A DNA stretch of 64,000 nt from Lama guanicoe (Eukaryota), in NCBI GenBank assembly GCA_013239625.1, contig MU053365.1, positions 560,001 to 624,000 on the forward strand. The letters run 5' to 3'. The notes under the pieces were generated by a model, which was not told the origin of the DNA, made no database searches, and saw only the letters and a program-made list of their open reading frames with translations. Every line of letters starts with the position of its first letter. Within the stretch, counting starts at the first letter, position 1. Positions 50,401 through 62,579 of this stretch are shown one piece after another. Both the position numbers and the translations under genes were made by a program.

Positions 50401-52187
50401 AGCACATCACTTGGAACACAATTTTGTCTGCCCATTCAAACACTACTTTTTTCTAAACCTAGGAGGTCCATCTCAATATTATGGACATGATATAATTGCT
50501 CCTGCCAGCATTACAGATTTTTGCACAGCTGAGTGGAGTCCACCAAGGCAATTTACCATAATGGCGTGGGCACATGTGCACAAAACACACACACATACAC
50601 TCCCTCTCTATCACCATATCTACAAAAGAAAGGTTTTTACAGAATACAAAGGACAAATGTCCTAAATGACAAGCTGAAATTTTATTAGGGGAATTCTAGT
50701 TCATTTTGAAGCTTATCATCTCTCAGAGCTAGAGAGATTTCCAGCCACAGAAAACATTTTTGACAGGACATTTGCTTGCCAATTAAATCCTCAGGAGTAC
50801 AGCAACAGAGTAGGGCTAAATACAGATAATATAATTTGGCCTGTTGTTTGCTCAGCAGTAAATTAGAATCTTGAAAAATAATTGAGTCCACAGATGTTCC
50901 TTCTAAACAACAACAAAAAATTGGAAATGCTTTGCCGCAGTTGTATTTCAAAACACCCCTTGTGAGCTTCTTCCTGGAAGTATCAGCAAAAGGCCAAGGT
51001 CAGAATAGCTTATGAGTAAGAAGGTATCAGGGGACGGGAGTTTGTGGAGGCTGAGGGGGCTTAAGGAATATGGCGGGCACTAAGGGTGGCACCTCTCCAC
51101 TTCAACAGCGTGCCCCTCTTCGGATCAATACGGGGTTCAAATACTCCCTTGGGTAACTCCATCACTTCAGGTGCCTGGTACATTTAATTAAGCTAAGTAG
51201 AATGAGAGCCTACCCTGGGAGTCAGCCTGCTTGCCTGGCCCCATGGCAGAGAAGGCTGGTTGGAACAGAGCATCAGGAAGTCGAGATTTGGCAATTTTTC
51301 AGTTCATCTGTTCCACAAAAGTGGCCAAGGTAGATGATTTTTTTTTTTGGTCTGAATTATCAAGTTTGGCTGTCTCTGTTGATGAAATGACCCAGATAAT
51401 TGCCAAATCTCCATTTCACCCGTCTCCACAACCCAAATATGTCACCGATCTTTTGAGGATCACATCACTTACTCTGACAGTTTCCCCATTTGTTAAATAA
51501 GATGAACAGCACCTGACATCACATCTCATTTAGAAAGCAGTATGTAACCTGCAGGTGAAATGCATTCATTGCTGTGTGTTTAAGCTTGAACAGAAAATAC
51601 AATGACAAAGACCAACACAAATAAAGTTTGATATGAAAATCTGGAGATGATACAGGATATATTTAGTCTTTATTTTGCCCTCCCTTAGAAATACGGTCTG
51701 ATTTTTAAGCACTCTTAGTGAGTATGTTGCTTTCCAAAGGAAACATATGGCAAGCGAGAATTCAAAGGCAGGGACCCACCAGTTTTCTAGCAGTCGTGTC
51801 TACTCTGGCAGCTTCTCTAAGGACAAATTGTGGCTTTACACTGCGCTAAATTTCTAAAACTGATTCCCCTCGTTGAAAGACCTAAACACAGACCCAGTGT
51901 GAAAGTTCATCATTACCTCCCGAGAGTCGCGACTTCCCCTATCAAGCGGACTTCGTTCTGACTTTGTTATGATAGCACTTGGCCTCTAGATAGTGCGTTC
52001 TGAGCTCTTCCAAGTATCTGCGCCACCCAGATGGCATTAGAGATGCCTTTTTCAAATCCCGCTCCTACATTTTCCTTGACTGCTCTCCACACTATCAGTC
52101 ATTATTGTAGCAGCTTACTCTAAGCCAAAGGATATAAATGCGTCTGGAATCTGACTGGCAGGGGTGTCATAAAACAGTGCAGACTGA

Positions 52188-52274
52188 GTGTGTATTGTAT
52201 GTCTCTGTGTGTGTGCATGCATGTGTGTGCACGCGTATATATGCACGCCCACATATGCATGTGTGCACACACAC
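52188..52274. repeat. Alternating purine-pyrimidine tract (TG/CA/CG), self-complementary
   Basis: gtgtgtgtgca (52207-52217) pairs with tgcacacacac (52264-52274). Confidence 0.85.
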
Positions 52275-52379
52275 TGCCTATACACAAATGCATTAGCTTG
52301 CTTTTTACCTCTCTCGAGGGAAAAGCAGAAATAAATCTTTCTCGTGATAAAAAGCTCGGATTGATTCCCGTCAATCAAT

Positions 52380-53170
52380 CAAGGCCTGTCTTCCACCATC
52401 CATCTCTGCCCACAGCGCAGCCAGTTATTACGCAAGCACCAGTCAGCAGACTCCTGAAATATTTACTCAGATGATGGCATGGCCAGTCCATCAGAAACAG
52501 CAGCATTATATCGATGTGAACAGTGGCATATTAAAAGTCGAGGCCCGTATAATATCACGCATTCCAAACCAACCTGGGAAAAAGATTTCCTCACTTCCTC
52601 AATTGCTGTCAATTGAGCTCTCTCATTGCAAAATCCACTGCAAGACTCCATAAAACACGTATCTGCTTACCTCGGTATTAAAGAAATTCAGTCCTGTGTC
52701 AAGTATACAACCTAGGCTAACACACTATGGAGAGGCAATGCTGGAACTCAGAGGACAGCCACTGCTTCGGGTGCACATTTCATTTTATTTCTATCCTAAG
52801 AGGGAGGCACACAGCTGTAAACATTTTCAAAGTTCCAAGCACGATGCGGAGGGACTGGCTACGTTATTATCCATGCACAGCACGCAGTTTAACATTTGTT
52901 TATGCAAACCATATAATTGGAAACTCTGTCCATTTGCTGCTTGTGCTAAGTATTCTGTGTATAAATACTTTTTCATAGTAGATAAATAGGGTTTTTATTT
53001 AGGTCTTATCACCTTCATATTACATATTCATTGATTTCTAAACTGCCTTAAACAGCTCTGTAGCTGGGAAACATTATGAATTCAGCTTTGGCACCTTGGT
53101 ATTAAATTTGCATAGCAGGTCACGCGTCGCCTGACATACATGCAAAATTGCACTGCGGCTATTTTATTAC
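52380..53170. promoter_or_regulatory. Candidate conserved non-coding element / enhancer
   Basis: No recognisable TE; retained CpGs, CTGTCA, CAGATG and a perfect octamer ATTTGCAT at 53106-53113; conservation not tested. Confidence 0.35.
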
Positions 53171-53899
53171 AAGCCACAAAAGATATTCAGAAACTGCATA
53201 CAGCATCAAAAATAAATTAAAATGGATCAAAGACCCAATAGGAAGCCACATTTTTTTATTGTTTTGTGATGCCTAGAGCCATTTAGATGTTCTAGTCAAT
53301 AAACAAAAGTTAGACTAACAATTTTTAGTCTTCTTGGTTTTATATTCTAATTACCAAAGGTTAACACATTTTTTTATCACATCAGGACTGACTTTAGCTG
53401 TAGTTAAGAGTTAAATATTAAATCCCCTGCACTGCGATGCCTGCAATTACATGTCTCCTGTAGACACACACGTGTATGGTTGTTGCCATAATAAAATTAT
53501 GTTTTGTTGCAACACATTCAGGATTTGCACTTCTGAGGGGATTTGGCATTTATTAAAAGTGTATCAACATCCTTTCACAAATTACCTGTCCTGCTATTTT
53601 ATGCTCAAATACATTAGCAAAACATTTTTCTAGGGTAAAGCTATGACACGTATTACAAATCAGCTGTACTCATATCATTTCTAGATACTCTGAAATTGTG
53701 CTCAGGAGACAAAAGACTCAGAGCCCTGGGCTGGACTCTGTTGCATCACAGACACAACACCCCTACCAGATCCTTGAGGTCCCAATGGCCTCAGCTACTC
53801 CAGTACAAAGACAATACATCAAATTGCCCAAGTTCATAAATGTATATTTCCGTAAATTGACTCCTTTTTAAAGAGAACTAGAGATAAGATAAATGTCTC

Positions 53900-54080
53900 C
53901 TGTTGGAGAGGAAGGAGAGGGATTGACAAAATGGGGAAGAGAAGAGGGCACTGCAAGTAAGGGAAAGTGGTATGAATAATGGCACAGAGAAAGCAACGTG
54001 CCTGTGGAATTTGGGGGCTGGTGAATGGCCCGGTCTGGCAGCTGTAGATGATGCAGCAAGACATAAAGACAAGACCCATA
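53900..54080 (-). mobile_element. L2 fragment
   Basis: gagggcactgcaagtaagggaaagtggtatgaataatggcacaga...gcctgtggaatttggggg. Confidence 0.55.
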
Positions 54081-54650
54081 GCTCCCAACTTCCGTCTTCA
54101 TCTGGGACAGTAGCTCTCAGCCTGGAATGGTGACGCTCTATAGGTAGAGAAGCTCTTTCAATTGAACTTGATTACAACCCTTAGTTGGCTATTAAATCAA
54201 AGGATTTCATTCAAATGGGGGATCACAACCTTCAGTACATTCAAATCTACGTTATACTTTCACCCATAAAATTGTTAATTCATCCACAAGTCTTTTAATT
54301 CAAAGCCAGGGCCTTTGAATACGGATCATAGACTGGATTTACACCACATAGTTCTCCCACAAACCACACCTAGAATGCATCCTCTAGGACTGCCCACGTG
54401 AGATTCTTAAAAGTGGACTAGGAACTTAGAGACACGTAAGAGGTAATCCAAGTGCAGTATCTTTTAGATTTTTATAATTGGGTCTCAATTTTTAATAGTT
54501 GTCTCATCAACACCTATTTTGATTGCATATTTTAATCAATTAAACTTTACTGATATGACAAGTTGTGAGTGGTGGGTATGTTGGGATAGGGGTGAGTGAA
54601 TGTATTTTGCAGGTGGGATGGACATGAATCTCTAGGGGCCAGAGACGGAC

Positions 54651-55198
54651 TGTGGTAGAGACAATAATGTCCCCCAAAAGATGTCCACATCTCAATCCCC
54701 AGAACCTGGGAATACGGTACCTCACATGGCAAAGGGGCTTTTCAGACGTGATTAAGTTAAGGATCCTGACATGGGGTGATTGTCCTGGACTATCCCAGGC
54801 CAACATAATTATAAGTCTTCAAAAGTGGCAGAGGAACACAGAGAGTCAGTGTCAGAGAAGACAATGCTAAAAAAAGGTGAGAACTGAGCGGAGGGTCTAG
54901 CTCAGTGGTAGAGCACATGCTTAGCATGCACAAGGTCCTAGGTTCAATCCCCAGGACCTCCATGAAAAAAATAAGTAAACCTAATTACCTCTCCCCTCCA
55001 AAAAAAGTAGAAATTAAAAATAAATAAATAAATAAGGCAAGAACTACATTTCCCCCTAACGCCAGAAGGAACACAGCCCTGCTGGTTTATTTTAGCCCTA
55101 TAATTCCAATCTCAGATTTCTGACCTCTTTAGAAATGTAAGAGAATAAATCTGTGTTGTTCTAAGGCACTAAGTTTGTGGTCATAAGAAACGAATAGA
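54651..55198 (+). mobile_element. MaLR solo LTR, MLT1D-like, split by a SINE
   Basis: tgtggtag...cccccaaaagatgtccacatctcaatccccagaacctg...cacatggcaaaggg...gtgattaagttaaggat...agaaggaacacagccctgc...AATAAAtctgtgttgtt. Confidence 0.92.
54886..55033 (+). mobile_element. tRNA-Ala-derived SINE (vic-1-like), copy 4
   Basis: ggagggtctagctcagtggtagagcacatgcttagcatgcacaaggtcctaggttcaatccccaggacctcca + A-rich tail; TSD aaggtgagaact (54874-54885) / aaggcaagaact (55034-55045). Confidence 0.94.
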
Positions 55199-57856
55199 AC
55201 TGACTTTTTCCGAAACACTCAACTTCATTTCACACTCACTTTTCTTTGGTTTCTGCAATGCTGAATTAAATGACCTCATTACACAACTAAGTACAGCTGG
55301 CATTAACAGGCTTGTGAACAACAAACAACTAACCCCTGCTAGCCATACAATTCAGCTGGTGGGAACTGAAGCAGCAGGTGTAGCTGGAAGTTGCCTCTGG
55401 GCATTGGTGCTTACACCATGGGCTGTGGCCAGTCGATTTCCCACGGGGCTTAGAGAGAGTTGGCTAATCTTGCAAGTTCTCAGTTGGGTGGAGGTAAGTG
55501 GAGGGAGCTGCCATGGCATGTGGTCTTGGGGCAAAGGTTCTCCCCACTCCCACTCCTTGCCCTGTTCTTAAAAACACAACATTGCCATAGGACACAAATA
55601 TCTTTTGACTAGTAATGTGAAATTTTAAAACTATGTTTGAATGATTGTCATTGCCATTCAGAATAATTAGAAATGTCTGGTAGTGTCACAGAAGAAGAAT
55701 GAGAGAGTTTGATGGAATCTCCAGGCTGGGCACAGATCACTCCTAGAATGGTGCACTTTTTGCAGTCAACTGGAGTTATTCAGAAAGATGAGTTAAGCCC
55801 ATTTGAAAACATTCAAAGTCCCAGTCCCTGGCCTTTGGACAGAAACAGAGGTCAGATTCATTCCATCTTTCCAAAATAATGCGGATGTTTCCTTGAGTGT
55901 ATTCTCATGAGATGTGGTTGAAGATTTGGCATTATAACACTGCTAAGCCACAACGCAGGCGCCTGATCAAGAAAATCTGTTCTTTCAAAAGGAGATTTGT
56001 TTCTTTGTCTTGTAAAATGAGTCTTTTTCTAAATCTCATTAAGGTGCTTATCCTAGGAACGGCCTGGGTGATCAAAGTTAGATTCAGCTCTTGTCTTACA
56101 TCAGAAGGCTCTACTTTGAGGTAAGTTCTCCTGGCTGCTGGGTTGGCTTACCTCCGGCCTTGCCCTGGCTTTCTGAGCAATCACCCAAGACGAGGCTATC
56201 CAACCGGAGCCACTTTCTCTGGGTCTACTGTTTTAAAAGGAACAAATTAGTTCCAAGCATTATTACAGACCACCGTGTGAAATTCTCACATTCTTAGCAG
56301 TTTGAAAAATGTTTAATTTATGTTTATGTATTCTTATTCAAAATGTTAGTTAACAGCCTGTAGGGACCCAGTAATAGGACCTTTTTTCTTTTTTATGTTT
56401 ATTAGCTACATTAATGACTGTTTCTGCAATTCCACTGCAAAGACTTTCGTTAATGAACGCCAATTAATTCTGAAATGATTTTAAACAAAGGGTGATGAGA
56501 ATACCCAATCAACCATGACAGTGTAAAGAGCAAGCAAGCTGCTGTGGCCTAAATTTCCTGCGTTGATTATCTGCTGTCAGATGGCATTCTTATCCATCAG
56601 GCCTGTCTTTAGACTCTATGTACATGCGTTGGACTAGACTATCACTATCTCAGACAGAGCTGGGGCACTGTCTCCAATGGCCCAGAGTCCATCATGACCA
56701 GGTGTCAGACCCATCCAAACGCCCAGCCTCACTACCTGTCACCGAACGGGGCATTATACAAATGCTGTTTTCTACTTAGTAGGCACTCGAGAGATATTTG
56801 TGAAGTTGAAATGAGGCTTGAAGTAAAACTTGTCCACACAAATGGTAACTGAGTGGACAGGCTGGATGGTAGTTACTAATGTGCTTATGATACTGTTCAT
56901 AGTTCAAAACAAACATTCTCTTTTCAAATTGAAATTCTAAACATAAATTCTCAAAACCCTTACAAGAAATGGCTAGTCAAGTCATTTCCCCCCACCCATT
57001 CATTATAATTACATGGCAATTGCAGGAGAAATGCAAAATGCTTATGTGCACGTTGTCACTCTGCAGTTAGAGCATCAAAACATCAAACCGACCCCAGGAG
57101 ATCTGAGCCCAACAAAGCCAGTATTTTCTTTTAAGATTGAAAATACTCAAACATTTTGCTTTGGAACTCTAAGAACTTCATTTCCCTCGCCCTCTTCCCA
57201 TACCTGGCAAGGCTGATGGACACCAGACTGTACACTATGATTCCTTCAAGTTTAAAAAGAGCAGTGCCCTAGAGCACTCACCTTGGGTGAAGGGTCTTCT
57301 CCAGCTAACAAAGCCTTCCTCATTACGCATCACCAACAGGCTGGTCTTAGCCAACTGCACCACTCTCTGTCCTTGGCTATTTCATTTTTAGATAGGACTC
57401 TGATTTTACTTTCATTCTGAACGGGTGGCACGAGGAGAGGGACTCGAATTCGATGTATGTTCACACCCAATGACAACTGATTGCCAGGTGAGGCCAGAAA
57501 CACTCATTCCGTTGACAGAATGGATTCTTTCTGGGAACGCCAACAGCTTCCTCTCCTTTGAAAGGCACAACCATTGGGCTTTGGTTCTCATGAGTATACA
57601 AAAGAAAGAATTAAGTCAATATATAGCAAATGATGGCCTTTCCTCAAGTGGCTTGGTCCAGGAGGCCAGAGACAAGTTTCAGTTTGAGTCAACTGAAGAA
57701 GATATAAAGAAAAGATACACATATCAGGCCACTCCAGAAAGGAATAGTGGAAGAACTAAAAATAGGCAGGAAAAGCCACAGGCTAAATATCTCTTAAATG
57801 TACCACCGTTAGTGTAAAGACCACTCTCCAACAGATGCAAAGGATATGTGTATTTG

Positions 57857-58235
57857 TGTCGACGCTTGTGCCCATGTCCCCAGTCTCCCAGATCCCTGAC
57901 CCTATTCCAGGCAGAAATACTCATTCCCCCAGCAGCTGGGAGAGTTGGCTGCTGATGGCTCTCAAGTGACTCACCTTTCTGGGAATGGCCCTTACCCTAA
58001 GAAAGCCCCTCACCCAAAGACGCATCCACTCCCCGGGTACAACCAACAGCCAGGAACTAGTTGATGCAGGGGTCTAAAAGCCTGGCACCTGACCTCAATT
58101 CAGGACAACGATGAAGGGCTATTTCACTTTCTTAACTCTTTCATAAGTGCTGATCCTAAAAATACTCCTCAAAAAATTTCCCACATACAAATCTCCATCT
58201 CAGAGTTAACTTTTTAGGGAAACTGACATGTGATA
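57857..58235 (+). mobile_element. ERVL solo LTR, LTR16A-like
   Basis: actcattcccccagcagctgggagagttggctgctgatggctc...gggaatggccct...cctcaattcaggacaac...caaatctccatctcagagt. Confidence 0.85.
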
Positions 58236-59349
58236 GCCTCACTATAGGTTAATAGCATCCTTTGTCTCTGCATATAGATGTAGCATAACTTAAGAACATA
58301 AACAGAACATGCAACTACATCTTAGGTTTTATATGTTTAAATATAATATAGATATAGCACTAAAATAAATGTGACTTTATGTTGCTAGAAATTAGCAGGA
58401 CAGGATGTTATAAAAAATAAACACAACTCACCAAAGCCAAAAGTGAGCATTTAAGTTTAATTTACCTTAATACCAACTTCCTTTTTTCTGGACAAAAACA
58501 TGAGTATTGAAGCAGCACATAGAAAAACAGTCAAGTTTTCCAAAATACTGTGTGTGGCCCATGGGCCTGGTGATACAAATGGGTGATGCTGACCAATATA
58601 CTCTGCTCTCAGTGTTTACCTTATTACAGTAGAGGGTAATCCCAGGGATTTTGTTTTGTTTGGATTTGTGAGGAGAATCATTTATCTCGTAGAATAAAAG
58701 CAAAAATACTAAGATGAGTCATCGTTTGAAACTTTTCAATGCTGAGTTTTAGGCCAAGAGCCCCAGTGCCATGGTGTGATGATGTTATCTGAACATTTCA
58801 TTGAATTTTAAGAACATTATAAATTCAGATGAACATGTGGGGACAGTTTTATCTGTTACTTTTTTTTTTCAGGAAACCCTTGTAAACCCAAATTGCTATA
58901 GTTGATCTAATTCCAGTTCTTCTGAGGAATGCTTGTATCAAATCTACAAATCAGGCAAGGAACAACATTTTGAAAACTAAAAGAAATTATATAGTTTTAG
59001 ACTACTATTCCCAAGTCTAATTGTTCTTAGGTAAAATAAATGTTTCTGGCTTAATTTTATTCATGAACAATTGCCACTGCCTACAGCTGGGAGAGGGGCC
59101 AACTCCGGTTGATTGGTAATGGCTGTGTTGTGATGGACTCCAAGGCCTCAGTCAGGCTCACAGGGAATGAGGGCTGCTGTCAACGAGCAATGTCAGTCAT
59201 CGCTGTCAGCCAGCTCCAGCTTAGAGGATATAAGTCTAACCCCCGAGGATAACGCAAAACAGTCAATCTCATCGCACGCCATTTTGCCCAGCACATCTGA
59301 TGACCCAACTATAGCCGCCTACAGTGAGTCCACTCCCCACCGTGTTCTT

Positions 59350-59640
59350 TCAGATTCCTTAGCCTTCATGTGAATTTCTCCTCCTCATTTGGCTTCCTGG
59401 CCAATTCCTACACGCAACTTATGATTTAGCTCTTTACTCACGTCCTCGGGGAATTTGGCTCTTTTAGGCCAAATTACTTCCGAGTTATTGGCTCCCTGCT
59501 CACCTCTCTTTCATCTCATTCACTTATACTACAATCATGTATTTCCCCTCTATACTAGGAGTTTCTGGAGGTGAGAGGGTGCACCTACCACAATATAAGA
59601 TACACAGACAAAATAAACATTTGTTGACTAAATGAACTAA
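59350..59640 (+). mobile_element. L2 3' fragment
   Basis: tggccaattcctac...cctctatactaggagtttctggagg...aataaacatttgttgactaaatgaa. Confidence 0.6.
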
Positions 59641-60049
59641 AGTAGGAACATGTATTTACATGTTAAAAGCCTGCCTAACATGTGTTTCATCCACCAAGGT
59701 CCTAGGCCCAAATATATTTCCAGTGCTAGTCAACAGAGGAAGGACAATTCCATCCTTTGTTAATTACTTTAACCTTTCGGGGACATTGTCCAGGCTTGTC
59801 TCTTTAAACATACAGACTGTTTCTAGCTCCCAAAACCCTCTGTATGAAAGTTCAAATGATACCGATCCATTCGGAATAGTCTGATTTAACAAAAGGCTTT
59901 AGATCCTGTTTTTGTTAGTACATGAATTAAAGATCCAATGGAAATGAGGGATGTACTATTATTGCTGTGTCTGTAGAGTCAATAACAAAACAGCTTCAAA
60001 ACGATTCTGAACCTGACTTTCCAGAATATTAACTAAGGGTTCATGAGGG

Positions 60050-60640
60050 CTTACCCCACGTTATGTGCTTTTCTAAGTAGTCTACATTGAGCTAACTCGT
60101 TTAATCCCCACACCCTTTGGGGGTAGGCTCTATTACCATTCCTATTTTGTGCATAAGATAACCAAGGCCTAGAGTCACTTATAGGGCTGAATTTTGTTCC
60201 CCCAAAATCCATACGTTGACATCTGAACCCCTGGTATCTCAAGATATGACTATATTTGGAAACAGGGTCTTTAAAGAAGTAATGAAGGTAAAATGATGTG
60301 TCACCGGGGTGGGCTCTGACCCCATATGACTGGTGTCCTTATAAGAAGAGGAGATTAGGACACAGACATGCAGAGAGGGAGGACCATGTGAAAACCCCAG
60401 AAGAAAACTGCCATCTACAAGCCAAGGAGCCTTCAGAACAAACCAACCCTGAGATAACTTGATCTTGGACCTTTAGCCCCCAGAACTGTAAGGAAATAAA
60501 TTAGCGCTGTTTAAGCCACCCAGTCTGTAGCCCAAGCAAACTAATGAAGTACCTTGCTGAAGATCATAGAGCTAATATGGGATTCAAACTCGTAGTTTGG
60601 TTCTTGAGTGAGTGCTCTTAACCACCAAGCTCTACTGCCT
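60050..60640 (-). mobile_element. MIR SINE split by an MLT1 LTR
   Basis: taactcgtttaatccccac...attaccattcctatttt on the left; gggattcaaactc...gtgctcttaaccac on the right. Confidence 0.8.
60178..60546 (+). mobile_element. MaLR solo LTR, MLT1B-like
   Basis: gggctgaattttgttcccccaaaatcc...tatttggaaacagggtctttaaaga...tgactggtgtccttataagaagagga...gccatctacaagccaagga...AATAAA...tttaagccacccagtc. Confidence 0.93.
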
Positions 60641-60779
60641 CTCACCTGAGATGGTTCAGCCGCAGTCCCTCTAAGTAGGGAGGGAGATGGGAGAGGTCTA
60701 ATTGCTCCGATATGATGAAGAAAGAAGGCTGGACTGAAAGTCACGTACCCTAAATCCCTGACCCTGCCCTGTCAGGGGC

Positions 60780-60895
60780 ACAACACATTGCCCAAGTAAG
60801 TCCCTTTGGTTCTTTGGGCCTCAGTTTCCCCAAATGTCTAAACGAGACGTTTGGACTAGACAGTTCCTATAGATCCTTCCTTCATTCTCTGTAGT
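60780..60895 (+). mobile_element. MIR3-like SINE
   Basis: tctttgggcctcagtttccccaaatgtctaaa...ttggactaga. Confidence 0.75.
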
Positions 60896-61620
60896 TCAAT
60901 GAGTCTATGGTCCACATCGCCAGAGAGCTGGTTATAAGGATAGGTCCAGTGAGGGAAAAACCTTTTACCCATGGTACTGAGCTATCCTTGATTTGCCAGC
61001 AAATGATCATATATTCTGACAGTTTGAGGCATCTTCTCCCCCAATTATTTGATTACTCCAGCTAAATTGATCAGGTTCCCTCTTGCCAACAATCCCTCAC
61101 CGCAAACTGCAGTCAGTGCAGGGAGATGTAGGATCCTAGCTGCTTCCGCTCCTCCGGCCTGAGCAGGCTGGGTCACATGACATCAGGGGCCCATCGATTC
61201 AAACAGGCTTTCCATTAGATGAGCTGTCAGGCCTGGCTGTGAAAGCTGAGTCTTTCAGTAACATTTTACTTTCATATTTCATCTGCAAACGGGTCTGGAA
61301 TTTTATGTACACGAAGACTACTTTAGAGACTGCAGACAATGCCAGTCAATCAGACACACCAGAGAGAGCAGGTAATTGATAATTTATATGTTTCCAAAGG
61401 TACAAATAACCAAGAGATTCCATTCATCTATACGGTGACAAATGTCCCAAGGCCAGCCAATTCCTTTCTGAGTATCCAAGTTTGCTTTACAGCAGCAGCA
61501 AGTCAACTCAGAGGAGCTAAGGATAAAGTTTTCCAAATAGGCTTGCAAAAACCAAATGATTAGATTTGACCACATGAATATGGCATTCTGCTAATGGGGA
61601 CATATTAAATAGTTAAAATA

Positions 61621-61860
61621 TGCAGACACACATTACTATATGTCAGATGGACAAGCAGCCAGGACGTACTGTATAGCACGGGTAACTATGTTCAATTTCT
61701 TGTAATGAGCGGTAATGGGAAAGAAACTGAAAAAAATATGTATGTATGTATATACATGTATGTCTATGACTAACTGAACTGCTTTGTTGTACACCTGAAA
61801 CTAACATTGTAAACTGACTGCACTTCAATAAAAATAAGAATACTTTTTAAAAAGAACAAA
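61621..61860 (+). mobile_element. L1 3'UTR terminal insertion
   Basis: tactgtatagcacgggtaactat...gtacacctgaaactaacattgtaaactgactgcacttcaataaaa; perfect 14-bp TSD aaatagttaaaata (61607-61620 / 61861-61874). Confidence 0.95.
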
Positions 61861-62205
61861 AAATAGTTAAAATAGCTTTGGGTACTGAGAGTCAGAGCAA
61901 AGCCCTTGTGTTCTGGCAGTACAGGCCATGTTACCATAGGACATCCATGGTCCACCTCTGGTCTCCTGAACAGCTGATTGGCATTGCTACTCGAGCGATG
62001 TCAGCCGAATCTATGAACTAGAGAAAGAGAAACCCACTGCCCAGTAGTGGTCTTGGAGAGCACACACATGCTCAAAACTCAGGGACTCCCCAACACCTCA
62101 GGAGCCCACTGTGAGAATCCCACCCCCAAAGTGTCTTTCCATACATAGGAGGACAGGCCTTGGGCAGGACAATTGTCTGCTAGACATCAGTATCTGAAAG
62201 GCAGG

Positions 62206-62575
62206 TGTTAATGGGCTGAACTATGTCCCCTCAAAATTCCTACATTGAAGCCCTAACCCCCAATACTTCAGAATGTGACTGTATTTGGAGACAGGGTCTT
62301 TAAAGAGAGATTAAGTAAGAACGAAGTCACTAGGGTGGGCCCTAATCCAATATAAGTGGTGTCATCAGAGGAGGAGATGAGGACACAAAGACACATGGTG
62401 AGAGACGATGTGAAGGCACGAAGACCGCCATCTACGAGCCAAGGAGAGAAGCCCCAGAAGAAATCAACCCTGCTTAGCCCTTGATCGTGGATTTCTATCT
62501 AGCCTTGAGACTGGCAAGAAAATAAATGTCCATTGTTGAAGACCCCGGTCATGGCGGCCTGAGCGGTCTAACGCA
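62206..62575 (+). mobile_element. MaLR solo LTR, MLT1B-like
   Basis: tgttaatgggctgaa...gaatgtgactgtatttggagacagggtctttaaagag...ccatctacgagccaaggagaga...ca; 5-bp TSD gcagg/gcaag. Confidence 0.93.
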
Positions 62576-62579
62576 GCAA

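Noticed and set aside
54886..54962. Functional tRNA-Ala(AGC) genes here and at 6684, 14660 and 36906
   Set aside because: Each has substitutions relative to the tRNA, an A-rich tail, an apparent TSD and no immediate oligo-T terminator, so they are SINE copies.
57282..57416. Minus-strand coding exon ending in a strong AAG|gtgagt donor
   Set aside because: Weak acceptor, stops in all frames from that acceptor, and no recognisable peptide.
60178..62575. Two same-orientation MLT1B LTRs as one MaLR provirus with a 1.7-kb internal region
   Set aside because: The first LTR is flanked on both sides by the same MIR, the second has its own 5-bp TSD, and the spacer contains MIR, L1 and unique DNA. They are independent solo LTRs.
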